Below, piece by piece: positions 12,253 to 24,231 of a DNA stretch of 64,000 nucleotides. Source of the stretch: Octopus sinensis (Eukaryota). The stretch is from positions 85,002,001 through 85,066,000 of the forward strand of contig NC_043003.1 of assembly GCF_006345805.1 (NCBI RefSeq), written 5' to 3'. The notes beneath the pieces are model-generated. The model saw only the letters and a list, made by a program, of their open reading frames with translations. It had not been told where the DNA came from and did not search any database. Numbering within the stretch: the stretch's first letter is position 1; each line of letters begins with the position of its first letter. The position numbers and the translations under genes are program-made.

Positions 12253-12402
12253 ATATTGAAACAGATAATATGATTGGTCAATTTTGTGGACCGAAAACTG
12301 TTAGTATAGTTTCTTCTACTAACAGAATGCTGATTTGGTACTCGGCGAACTGGTCAGCTCACAGTCGGGGTTTTATGGCGGTGTATTACTCAAAGCAAAA
12401 AG
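12253..12402 (+). CDS. Exon of CUB-domain membrane protein: C-terminal half of CUB domain
   Basis: Acceptor tttctcatcggcag|, donor |gtaaat, 150 nt, phase 1/1, same size as the 6763 exon. Reads (D)IETDNMIGQFCGPKTVSIVSSTNRMLIWYSANWSAHSRGFMAVYYSKQK, with canonical GQFCG, SSTN and RGF.A.Y motifs. Confidence 0.9.
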
Positions 12403-14048
12403 GTAAATAATATATAGTTTTTTGTTTGTTTGTTTGTTTTTCAAATCTGTATACAGAGTATTTTCTGTGTATTTCCCTTAAACTAAGTGGTAAATAATGT
12501 AGCGGTTCTTTGAGATAATATTAACACTTTAAGAATTGTGCTTTCAAGATTTGAAATATTACATTCCATAAAATATGACATGTAATAGGCACTTCCCCCC
12601 CCCCCCGTTCTCAGTGACATATAGAATGGAGATGATGCACATTATGAAATATCTATATAAAAAAAAACTGTTACTGAATTTTTCTAACCCTTGGCGACAC
12701 AGAATTATATCATAGAAAATATGTATTGCGGATATATTTCTTCTTGAAATTATTAAGTTGACTAAACTCGATGTGAGACGTACAAAATGTTGTCACAAGT
12801 AAGATCTATTCCAACGTTGAGAAATGTGTATGAGTACGGACAAATGTATGTTCAAGTATGCATACACGAACGCATATAAACTCCTATGCAAATGTATACG
12901 TGTATGCATATCACATGCTCTGTATTCGTAACAGCGTAGGACTTTTCCTAGAATGGAAATGTTCACATATGTAATGTTGCATTTTATATACAAAGACTAG
13001 CGAAATATTTACTACAATATTCTGTTACCCAGTAATCAAAATATGTAGAATCCTCTGTTCTTCGGACAGTAATGTATGAATATTAAGTTATTCTTTGGGC
13101 ATCAATGTGTCAAATATTTTGGTACTGATTAGGAAAACGCGTAAAAGTACACAGAATATGAATCGTTGATTGGTTGATAAAAATCATTTTAATTAATTCA
13201 CTTGTCAAAGAAATCAATGGGTCCGTGACTGCATCCTGATGAAGTCGCTCAGGCATGGTATAAAGTTCACCTTTTGCATGAAACAGTTGTTACAAAGTCA
13301 TCACAGTTTCCTAAAGAAGCCTAGAATGCATTTTACATGGTGGAGGCTATCCTCAACTAAATTGTTTTGTTCACCACTGACAGGTCTGAGTAAAATATTC
13401 CACTCACGCTTTAAAAGTTCTACCAAATTCTGTTGCAGCTGAATTACTGAACTTACTTCTGATTCCAGTAGTCATTTCATGTTCGACATTTAGAGCAAAA
13501 TAGTGAATGAAAGTTATCTTGCTTCTACATTCAAGTTCTTATTTCGATCTTATATTCCTAGATCCTATTTGAATCTTATATAACACCATCATATTGCTAG
13601 TCTTATTGGAATATGCTGTGCAAAGTCTGTCTTCTGTTTTTTTTTTTGTTTTTTTTTGTTTTTTTTTTCAATTTGCAATCCAGAATCCTTTGCGTTGTGA
13701 TCTTAAAATATTGTATGCTCTGCTACTACACTTTCCAATCTAGATATAATCGTAATTCAATTCAATTAACAAGAAGTATATTATATCCGCGATGAGGTCT
13801 ATATCTGTTGGTAAAGGCATCTCCAAATCTACGAAAGCTTTTTAAAATCAGGTTAGATTGGGTAATTCGGTCCTTGATAACCTTTGTCTGAAAATATAAC
13901 AAACATAAGCTGACGGTTACAGCTGGAACACGTTTGATCATGGCTTAAATACTGTTGATCTAGTACAGCCTATAAATTTAAAATTCAACTATTTTGCATT
14001 AATTTTTTTTTTTAAATGCTTTATCATCATCATTATTATTATTATTAT

Positions 14049-14176
14049 GGCAGGTGGCGAACTGACAGAGATGTTAGCACGCTGGACGAAATGCTTAACA
14101 GTATTTCGCCCGCCGCTACGTTCGGAGTTCATATTCCACCGAGGTCGGCTTTGACTTTCATCCTTTAGGGGACTAA
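14049..14176 (+). mobile_element. SINE, 3'-truncated (abundant family also at 18339, 25970, 26324, 28705)
   Basis: ggcgaactgacagagatgttagcacgctggacgaaatgctta…gaggtcggctttgactttcatcctttagggg is shared with the other copies. Confidence 0.85.
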
Positions 14177-14212
14177 TTATTATTATTATCATCATTATTA
14201 TTGTTATTATTA

Positions 14213-15518
14213 TATGTTTGATTTTTGCTTTCTATTTATACAAGTTAACTCCAACTATCACCCAGAGACCTCAATAGACAACAAGTTAGAAGTTAAAGTT
14301 GGTGTTATGACTAGGGTGCATATATTTGGTTTTGCACAAAGTATTGTTCTAGAGAATGTTTAAGAAAACATAAGAAAATTATAAGTTTGTTTGAAAATTT
14401 GAGTTTACATAGACAGTATTTTACGTAGCATATGGGCAATTCCCATGAGCACTATTTTTTGAATTTCAGCCATTTTGGGATTTCGTGATATCTGTGTTAG
14501 GTAGCAATCAGCTCCTTTTGCTATCATTCCTAAGGCACCTATGACAACAGGTATTGTTTTAGTCTTGAGATTCCACATTTTGCCAATTTCTATTTCAAGA
14601 TCTTTATATTTGCTCAGATTTTGGTAGATTTTGACAGATACATTTACATCGAATGGAACAGTCATATTGATGAGGAGGCATGATCTTTGTCTGAAGTCCT
14701 TCAATATAATGTCTAGCCTATTCACAGCTATCTTTCTGTCAGTTTGAACGGTGAAGTTCTAGAGGATTGAGATGTGGTCATTTTTAAGCACTGGAAGTGG
14801 CTTGCGTTCCCATCAGTTTTTATCATGGGGCAGGTCCAAGTTTTTGCAAATTACACAGTAATATACTGTGCTGCTCTATCATGCCTGTTGAGATACTTTG
14901 TAGGCACAAGAAGACTGCAAATGGTGGCAACATGATCAATGGTTTCATTTTGTTGTTTACATACACAACATGTTGGTTACTGCCGTTCTTTAATATGTTG
15001 ACCTGGTAGGTCTTTATCAATAGGTATTGATCTTGGGCTGCTATGATAAACCCTTCTGTCTTTGATTTTTAAGCCAGAGAACACTAACCATTGACGGGTA
15101 AGGGCTCTGTCAACATCGGTATTATTAACTCTCTTTGGGTATTTGCTATTGAGAGATTTTTCATGCTATCTATCAGTAAGAATATCTAAGGCAGCAGTTT
15201 TAGCATGAGTTTTCATAAGCTTAGCCTTTTCTCTACTTGTTTCCAGTACGTCTAATTCTGGGATTTGTTGTATTTGGAATTCATTTAGATATTTCTTTGC
15301 CTGTTTTGTTACTGAGTATGATAGTTTCTTGTTTTCCTGCTTTAAAACAAGTTTTAACATCTAGTCATCAGCGTTTTTCAGGTAGATGTTTCGGTCAGTT
15401 GTGTCAATCATCGTTAATTCCAGTTGTAAAAGTCCACAACCAAGCTTTTTTCTTGGCATGTAAAGTCGTTCTATATCTGCTTTTGGGCGGTGCATTCTGT
15501 CAACAATTTGTCAACAAT
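14213..15518 (-). mobile_element. 5'-truncated R4/Dong-like LINE (restriction-like endonuclease type), decayed
   Basis: RT thumb PKADIERLYMPRKKLGCGLLQLE; zinc finger TCCVCKQQNETIDHVATIC...RHD; RLE NR(L/P)DIILKD...MTVPFD...KYKDLEIEI..MW....IPVVIGALG; stop at 14405; 3' UTR ends in (TAA)n. Confidence 0.85.
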
Positions 15519-15650
15519 TTCTTCTTCTTCTTCTTCTTCTTCTTCTTCTTCTTCTTCTTCTTCTTCTTCTTCTTCTTCTTCTTCTTCTTCTTCTTCTTCT
15601 TCTTCTTCTTCTTCTTCTTCTTCTATTATTATTATTATTATTATTATTAT
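15519..15650. repeat. Compound (TTC)n(ATT)n microsatellite
   Basis: About 35 TTC units then about 9 ATT units, directly upstream of the TM-exon acceptor. Confidence 0.97.
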
Positions 15651-15658
15651 CATTGTAG

Positions 15659-15858
15659 GTACTAAAATTCCTCAGCAGTCTCTGGATCGAACTCCAATCA
15701 TTTGCATCATTCTCATTGTGGCTGTGATCATATGTATTATTTATGTATTTAACTGGTATTGGCAGTGTTGTCGACACAACAAGATAAACAGATTACACAC
15801 TTGGAGGACCTCTCGAAAAAACTACCACAAATTCGACAACGATAATATTGAAGAGTGA
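15659..15858 (+). CDS. Terminal exon of CUB-domain protein: transmembrane helix + short cytoplasmic tail
   Basis: Acceptor cattgtag| in phase 1, matching the previous donor. Reads (G)TKIPQQSLDRTPIICIILIVAVIICIIYVFNWYWQCCRHNKINRLHTWRTSRKNYHKFDNDNIEE*: a ~22-aa hydrophobic span, then CC and basic residues. AATAAA at 15888 and 15969. Confidence 0.75.
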
Positions 15859-15887
15859 TATTCAAAACACAAAAATATCATTTAAAA

Positions 15888-15893
15888 AATAAA
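15888..15893 (+). terminator. Candidate polyadenylation signal of the CUB gene (second at 15969-15974)
   Basis: AATAAA 30 nt after the stop codon; the region is A-rich, so chance is possible. Confidence 0.4.
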
Positions 15894-16157
15894 CAAGAAG
15901 AAAGCAAACAGCAGCATAAGTAATTACATGTACAGATCTATAATTTTCACAATACAATACAAAACAAAAATAAAGGATTATATATATGTGTACAAAGCTG
16001 ATTAACTGAAATTTTCTGACGAAAATATTTTTGGTGTTGTTCCGAATAGACAAAATACAATTTTTGAGAGAGAAGGGTAAAACGCAAATGAGTTAATTAA
16101 ATGTATTACTGGTAATACAGTTCTGTATTTTTGAGATGAGAAACTCTGTACATTATT

Positions 16158-16389
16158 TACATTATTTACATTAGACGGAAACGTGTCCTTATCTTGTTTA
16201 TTGTTACCACAACGTTTCGGCTGATTTACTCTCTAGCCTTCATCAGGTGTCGTAGTAGGATTTTGAACACAGGATTGGGTTCAAAATCCTACTAGGACAC
16301 CTGATGAAGGCTGCAGAGTAAATCAGTTGCAACGTTGTGGTAACAACAGACAGGATGAGGACACATGTCGATCTAATGTAAATAATGTA
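16158..16389. repeat. Fold-back palindrome (111-bp arms, 10-nt loop) of a Penelope-type terminal repeat
   Basis: 16158-16268 is the imperfect reverse complement of 16279-16389; the loop is acaggattgg. Confidence 0.9.
16208..16249 (-). ncRNA. Minimal type I hammerhead ribozyme-like motif
   Basis: cac-CTGATGA-a-ggct(12 nt loop)agcc-GAA-ACGT-T-gtg: stem I cac/gtg, stem II ggct/agcc, palindromic ACGT stem III, as described for Penelope-associated minimal hammerheads. Confidence 0.6.
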
Positions 16390-17399
16390 TTACTGGTGTG
16401 TGAAATGAAAGAAAGTATCTGAAGAGCGAAAGAAAGTTTCCACTCCCGCGAAAATTGCACACAAGGGACGAAACTATAAATATTGAAAGACAATAGATTA
16501 ACAATTCTGTCTTATTCTTTGATTCATTGTTCTTTCCCAAAACTGGTTTTAGACTGAAATATTAACAAACAGTAGAAAAGTTTGAGTTCTACTAACTCTA
16601 TAGTAATGTTTCTGTTTTTCTGCTCTTCACATGCATGTGTATTTGCCAATCATCTGGTGGTGTTGTGTGTATCTGTATACATGCACACATCCGTGCATAC
16701 ATGTACACATGCATACACACATACAAACACACATTCATACATGCATACATAGGAGGTATGCGTGTACGTGTTCAAACTTAAGTTTAGTAATCTGTTTAAA
16801 GGACGAAAAAAATCACCAGGAAACCATCGAAAAATGTCAATCCACAGAGCTGTGTATAAAATAGAAATACAAATAATAATTAAGTTCTCTACTATTAATT
16901 CCGTTGTTACCGCATTGATAAATACGTTAGTTATTCACATAGATACAGAGCCACATGTGCAGTGGATTAATTTCAGCAGTTCCCGTCTGGCATTTATTTT
17001 ATTGACTCCAAAAAAATGTAAGGCAAAATTAACATTGTTGGAATACAAAATCAGTACATTCAGAGGAATTTAACTAAATATTGTAAGGTACTTTGGCAAA
17101 ACTTGTAACGATTGTGCTAAACCAAACGACTCTGCGTTAAGGATTATTATTAACTTAGGGTTTGACGATGAGTAAATAGAAATTATAGAGATCTTGGTTA
17201 AACATTGTATAGTGTTATACTACTTTTTCCTTTGTAGACATTGAACTCCATCCAAGATTTATTTCTGTGAAGTTCTCTAGCAGAATGAAGCATATACCAT
17301 TCAAGCAGATTAAGTTTGGCTCACCATTGTATTAAGAAAACCAAATATAACACTAGTCACTCTTTCGAATCACAAAAATTACGTTCGGGAAAAATTACG

Positions 17400-17945
17400 T
17401 GCTGAAAAAGAGTTGGGATGAGGAAGAGGGGAAGGAGGATGGGGAGGGGGAAAGTAGAAGGTGGAGTAGGAGAAGGGGGAGGAGTAGCGGCAGCAGCAGG
17501 AGAAATAGTAGGAAGATGAGAAGAAGGAAAATGAAGGGGCGGAGGAGGAAGAGAAGAAAGATGAAGAAGAAAAAAAAGAAGGGGAGGAGGAGGAGGAAGA
17601 AAACGAAAAACAAGAATTGGTGGAGGAAGAGGAGAAAGAAGCTGAAGGGAAGGAGGAGGAGGAGAAAGAAGAAGAGGAGACGACGGAGAAGGAAGAAGAA
17701 GGGTTTGAAGAGGAGTAGAAGGATGAAGAAGAACGGGAGGAAGAGGGGAAGAAGAAAATGGAAGGGAGGAGATGAAGAAGAAGAAGGGGAGTAGGTGGGG
17801 GAAGAAGCGAGGAGGAGGAAGTTGAGGAGGGGAGGAGAGAAGGCGGAAAGGGAGGGGAGGAGGTAGAGGAGGAGGAGGGTGAAGAGGGAGTATGGTGGAG
17901 GAGGAATGACGAGAAAGGAGGAAGAGAAGATTTAATGAACGTGGA
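17400..17945. repeat. Purine-rich (GGA/GAA) low-complexity tract
   Basis: Almost only A and G on the + strand. Confidence 0.9.
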
Positions 17946-18101
17946 GGATGAAGACCAATATTTAAAGGTTTATTGGCTAATGTTGAATGCACAAATTGGC
18001 CAGTAGTGAATCCCAAAATTTGGAATGCCTTCTTACGGTTGTTTTGAGGGGTCGAATCATTTGTAGTGATTAATAAAAGTTCTCGTAGATTCTGTCTCTT
18101 C

Positions 18102-18166
<65 letters not shown>

Positions 18167-18338
18167 CGGAGGACCTGAATGAAAACAATTGCAGCGCGGA
18201 AGGTGTTTCTGAGCCATTTAAAACACACAAAAACCCTTAGATTCATTTCAACATTTAAATTTAATTTGCCAAAATAGTTTCGTTGCTTTGAGATCGCGAC
18301 CTGTTCACTGTCAAAATTCCGTGTTATATATATATATA

Positions 18339-18567
18339 TTTCTTTACTACCCACAAGGGGCTAAACATAGAGTGGACAAACAAGGACAGACAAAGAGACT
18401 AAGTCGATCACATCGACACCAGTGCGTAACTGGTACATAATTTATCGACCCCGAAAGGATGAAAGGCAAAGTTGACCTCGGCGGAATTTGAACCCAGAAC
18501 ATTTAACGGCAGACGAAATACGGCTACGCATTTCGCCGGACGTGCTAACGTTTCTGCCAACTCGCCG
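18339..18567 (-). mobile_element. SINE, near full length
   Basis: Contains ggtacataatttatcgaccccgaaaggatgaaaggcaaagttgacctcggcggaatttgaacccagaac, shared with several copies in the window. Confidence 0.9.
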
Positions 18568-18736
18568 TGTTATATAGATATATTCAAATGAATATGGTAC
18601 TTAAGTTGAGACACCAGAATTTAGTACGGTATTATCCATACAATTTCAAAGTAAGGTGATTTAAATCAAAATAAGCAACAAGGATATCAAAGATATCGTA
18701 CTGCATTACCTCTGGATATCCTTGTTGCTTATTTTG

Positions 18737-18779
<43 letters not shown>

Positions 18780-20424
18780 AACAAAGATAATTTCAGATTG
18801 AGCAGTGGACGACTTTTTCTTATTTTCCCGGTTCAATAGAATAAGAACTCGACAAGAATTGGCGTCGTCAATTCAGTCGATGATCTTTCCCCTCGATCCA
18901 GTTTGTTACCTTCTGCCAATGTATGATATCACCATTAACAGATGTTAATGCAATAATCGGCAGGAAATGGTATTGTATCGGACTAAATATTGCTTTGTTT
19001 CATTCCCCTACGCTTCCAGTCGAAATCCAGCCACCTTTCAGTTTGACAATCAACAACGGTAGCTATATACTCTTCGTGTTACAATAAGACCCAGTAAAAT
19101 ACTGGTTTCACCTGAATATACATTTCTTCCTATCTTCCAATCTTCCAATCTTCAAACATGTGGCGTTGTATTAAAATTAACCCAAATGTATAAACTATTT
19201 CTGCAACTAGTTCAGGTCTTTTCTGAAATCAAAAAATATTGGGAGCTAGCGTGTTCTCATACTTCAATTTTGATCTTTATTACAGGCAACAGAGTTTCCT
19301 TAATTAAAGAGAAAACTGTAGCAAATTTTTCTGCAGAATTTTACACGAACATTAAGAATGTTTAGCAGTTGTACAACGTTCACGATTCGTTTTATTTTTT
19401 TAAAGGTTCGTTTTGTAACACTGCATTTTATCTTAATAATACTCAAAATTAAATCACGATCTGGTGGTTTGCTTGAAGTATTGGATATATAAGCGAGTGA
19501 GAATGAAAGAATTATTTCTGGTTTTGATATGCCTAAATCATGAAATGAAAGCGAGAAAATAAGTATCAAAATTGTTTTTTTATTTGTCACACTTCTTTAC
19601 CTATATGAAGAAATTAAATCAAATTAATCACAAATTACTTTGAACAAAAGTAAGGGACATCGTGTTCTATTTCATACATATATGGGTGCAGTCTCTACTT
19701 GTGGAGATTTTAATTGGCTCGTTTGAGAGTTAAGTATCTTGACCGAGGTTTTGTATTTATAATAGCACGATACAAAGAAAGGCAACTGTTGTGACATTTT
19801 TCAAGACTTCGGAGATGGGCGAGAGTAGGGTAGAAATCTATCCATAAACTGGAGACTGCATGCGAATAATTGTGAAAGAGAACTTCTGATAAAAGTACCC
19901 AAATGGTAAAAGTGATGTTAAACCGAGTGGCAGATATGTAAATACGGGAATTACTTCGCCAACACACTTCTACAGAGAATTTCAACACAGGCTTTGATTG
20001 CTCCGTTGGTAGAGTATACATATACAATGTAATATATAGGAAGATCGGACAGTGTGAAGGAGATTTCCTAACCACAAGACCATTCCTGTACCTATTATGC
20101 TATTGAGAGAGCACTGGAAAAAGCTGACGTATCGATTATTTAAATGATTTTCTATTAACGCGAAATTCTCAAGGTGATAGAAAACTATTTAACTGGGTTT
20201 AATGCGATCTTGTTCATTTCCACAGCTTTATCAATCACAGTCGCATATCCCAATAGCCTGCTCAATTTCTACAGCCCCTTTAATGACTTCCACATCTCTA
20301 CAGTCCTTTCTCTCAATACCATGCATCTCCACCGTCTTTAACAACTATCACCACAACATCAAAATCCAATCAATAACTGCTACACATCTAGTCTTTTCAC
20401 TCTTTGTCACCCATTTTCACAATT

Positions 20425-20660
20425 ACTTCAATCAGTCATCTATCTATCTATCCGTTCAGTCGAAGTCGACTCTCGGTTACTCGATGGATCAGTGTCCTGC
20501 AGTCAGTTCTATCCTGGGCCGCTTCTTTCAAATTGGCTATGTCCATTCCGATATCACTATTGATGATGTCAAGCCAGCGGGTTCTTGGTCGGCCTCTTCC
20601 TCTCTTGCCACTGACCATTCCGAGCATGATGTCCTTCTCCAGGGATTTTCTCCGCATAAT
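20425..20660 (-). mobile_element. 3' end of RTE-clade (BovB-like) LINE
   Basis: Reads LEKDIMLGMVSGKRGRGRPRTRWLDII...LKEAAQDR...LIHRVTESRLRLNG*, followed by a (GATA)n tail. Confidence 0.88.
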
Positions 20661-22844
20661 ATGACTGTGGCTTCTACCACAAAATAGAACTTAACTATTA
20701 TGAAGTGTAAATCAGGACAAAGCAAAGTTTGAAGGGTAAAAATTACAGCAACAAAAAGAAAGAATACACTCGTGAAGTGAAATAAAATGTTTATTTTAAT
20801 AATTATTACAACAATCATTAATTTTTAGTTCATTTAGAAATTTAGAATTATTTGACATTTTATAATTTAGTCAAATAAAATTTTCCGATCGTTGAAAAAA
20901 ATATATCAAAATCAAAAGAATTGAATATACTTAATAATTTGTAGGTATTGCATTTTTATTAATAGCTTCATTTGAAGAAGTGTAGTGGGAAGCCGTGACA
21001 TTCATTCAAAGGATAGTGACGCGAGGAAAATGAAATAACCACAGCAGATGATTCAAACTAAATCACAGAAACGTATTTGGTTTTTACTGTGAAGAAATAA
21101 AATAAATGAGGGAAACTCTACGGGACTGCTAGAAATAGCAGACCAAATCAAACTCAGACCACTTTGTAATGTCTTTAGAAAAAAGGAAGGCTACATTGAA
21201 CAACATTCTTTACTTCCTTTGTTTGTTTTTGTCAGCATTACCAAGGAGATGCCAAAGAACCGCTATCATGATTCACCGGTATTCAAAAAGTTGAGTGGTA
21301 ATCTTTGGAACACATTTGACCATATGTTTTTTCCCAGCTTATCCCAGAATAGTGTGAGGGAAGTAAAATAGATTCAACCGGTTCCGTTCAGTCAAAACCT
21401 ATTTACAACTGATTTACTACAAGGTTACACATTGAGAGGGAAAGAGTAGAGTTCGAACTTTTAATACGTATTAAGTGTGGATGGATGATTGTTAAACTTG
21501 ATGCGCGTGCGTGTGTGAGAACAATACTTATCCATTATTAGTAGAAAAAGAAGGGCAATGGATTGACAGAATCGTCAATGCGTCGAACAAATCCTTTGCA
21601 GGATTGTTCCGATTTTTTATGTCTGTAACCAAGGCAACTTGTCTTTTCATTCCTCTAAAGTAGATAAAATAAAGAATATGTCATGTACTGACGTAATCGA
21701 CTAACCTCCTTCTCTCGAAATTGCTGGCCTTGTACCTAAATTTGAAATTAATTTAGTAGATAGGAAAAACGCACCCTTGTGTTTGTAAGTGTGTCTAGTG
21801 ATCAATATTAAGTTGTTGTTTCACTCCAGTTTAGAAATGACTGAGCAGACATATGATGAAAGACGTTCCAATCTTGACCACTTAGTATAGGACCTCATTA
21901 TATAATGGGTTTTGTAAGACAGTGGAACATGAAAAAACTTGGTTGCTATTTCCAGCAAATCAAGTGACCACATAGAGTTCCCCTTTCGCCGCTGGCTCCA
22001 AAATTTGTAGTAAAAGAACATGTTTGAGAGTAGGTCACAGTAAACACCGAACTGGATGTTTTATTCTATATAGTTCGGTATCTCATTTCTTTTAGTTCAA
22101 AACTCTGCTGCAATAAATTTCATTTATCCTTCAGTGAGTCTGTAAAAAAAACTATCAGTAATACACTGGAGTTACTTTTACTGACTCCCTCGTCACTTCA
22201 ATTCATGTCTAGCCAAATAAAATCAATATTAGAAGTAGCATATATTATTTTTGAAAATCATAACTGATAGAAAATTAAGGATAAAATTTAAACAAAGTTT
22301 TCTTAATGTTCTTGGTATTCTGTAAGTGTTCTTCAATTAAAAACCAAAATCGCCGAGGTCAACAAAGCCAGAAGACTTGTCAAAGGAATTTGCACATCTA
22401 AAATGAAATAAAATAAAATTTGATACAATAATTAAATAAAATAGAAGCTATATTCATTCGCTTTACATGTAATTCAGTCAAAGCATAAAAAGGATCCGAC
22501 GATAATTTATAAGATAGAGTGAGGTTTAATGAGTAAGCATTGTATTATTCAGAAACAGTGCTTCATTTATTCATTTCAAACAACTCAGAGCAAGAAATGA
22601 GGAATATCTGGGATGTTGACTGGACAAAAGACTACTCCCAAATTACACTTTCCTTATTACAAAGCCAGAGACCTTGCTCTTGCCTGTTTCTAGAGTACTT
22701 GGCTTTGTAGGTGAGTCTTTGCGGTGTTGTGCAAGTTGTTATTGAATTTAATTTCAACACAGAAATTGCTGACATCCATTGTGCTTAAAGTCTAGGAACA
22801 AGATTAATTGTCGATGATGATCATACGACTTTACATCCACCCTG

Positions 22845-23502
22845 TATGTATGTATGCATGTATGTATGTATGTATGTATGTATGTATGTATGTATGTATG
22901 TATGTATGTATGGCTGGCTTGCTGGCTGACTGGATGGATGGATGGATGAATGGATGGTTTGCATACATTCAATCGAAACGGGCTGGTAAATATATGAAGC
23001 ATGTGAACTCTCTTTCTGAGAAGGGTACGAAACAAATATTTTCGCGTGACCAGCGCGGTCGTGTCAGCTTCTCAAATCAGCCTACTTAATCACAAGTGGG
23101 ATTATGAAGGTGGACCGTCTACAAATCCATTATGTTCTCTTGTGCACCGTCTTTAGTAGAATATGTGGGTCAGCCAATGGACTCTATTGGCATTGTAGAT
23201 CCCAACACCCATTGGTCGGGCTATTGCTAAATGGCTGACTTGTGATCGGTGAGGAATGACTTGTAGGTCTCTTGCAGGCCTTAGGAGTCATACGATACGT
23301 CATTAGCGATGGAGAGACAAAACTTAAGATATTTCTTAGACTCAAATGGGTTTAGAAAGCAGTTTTATCATGTCACGAGTCGACTTCCATAATGTATGAA
23401 TGTATGTATGTATGTAAGTATGTATGCATGCATGTATGTATATATGTATGTATGTATGTACGTATGTATGTATGTATGTATGTATGTATGTATGTATGTA
23501 TG

Positions 23503-23533
<31 letters not shown>

Positions 23534-23686
23534 TGTAGTAGGTAGGTAGGTAGGTAGGTAGGTAGGTAGGTAGGTAGGTCGGTCGGTAGGTAGGTAGGTA
23601 GGTAGGTAGGTAGGTAGGTAAGTAGGTAGGTAGGTAGGTAGGTAGGTAGGTAGGTAGGTAGGTAGGTAGGTAGGTAGGTAGGTAGA
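22845..23686. repeat. (TATG)n/(TGGA)n tract at 22845-22960 and (TATG)n(TAGG)n tract at 23393-23686
   Basis: Direct inspection. Confidence 0.9.
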
Positions 23687-23978
23687 ATGAATGATATATA
23701 GGTATGCATTATGTGTATAAATAAGCAAAAGAGTTTACTCTACGTAGTTCCTAATCATAATTTTCTCGACTCTCTGTTACCTGGTTTAGGATAAACAGCA
23801 TCAATCAACATGTTGAAAAATCCTTATAATTTCAACTGCGGGATATTATAGACTGTTTCAGTATCTAGAACTTTCAAGATAGACAAATCTTTGTTGAAAT
23901 AAGTTGCAGTTGTATCAACAATATTCCAAGCTATGGTATAAATTGGTACCTGAGCCATCAGATGAACCATAATAAGTA

Positions 23979-24231
23979 TTGGGTTGGTGCGTAATTATTG
24001 CGGGGTTTTTTTCAACAAATTTTATTCAACAAAAACAATAACAACATTTAACAAAAACATCTTTAAATGATTATTCCGGAGCATATTCACCATCTACTTC
24101 AATTACTGCTTCCCGTTTGCTTGGCAGACGATCAGACCGTCATTTAAAGATGTTTTTGTTAAATATTGTTATTGTTTATGTTGAATAAAGTTTGTTGAAA
24201 AAAAAACCGCAATAATTATGCACCAACCCAA
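23979..24231 (-). mobile_element. Mariner-derived non-autonomous element (MITE-like), TA target duplication
   Basis: TA|ttgggttggtgcgtaattattgcgg … ccgcaataattatgcaccaacccaa|TA, with ~95-bp inverted arms. The core encodes a transposase C-terminus (DRLPSKREAVIEVDGEYAPE*) on the minus strand. The TIR resembles the Hsmar1/MADE1 TIR. Confidence 0.88.

Noticed and set aside
16762-17073. 103-aa plus-strand ORF downstream of the CUB gene
   Set aside because: It starts within a CA/TA-rich repeat, has no domain signature and no convincing splice context.
19710-20075. 121-aa minus-strand ORF
   Set aside because: Non-ATG start, weak splice signals, no recognisable motif.
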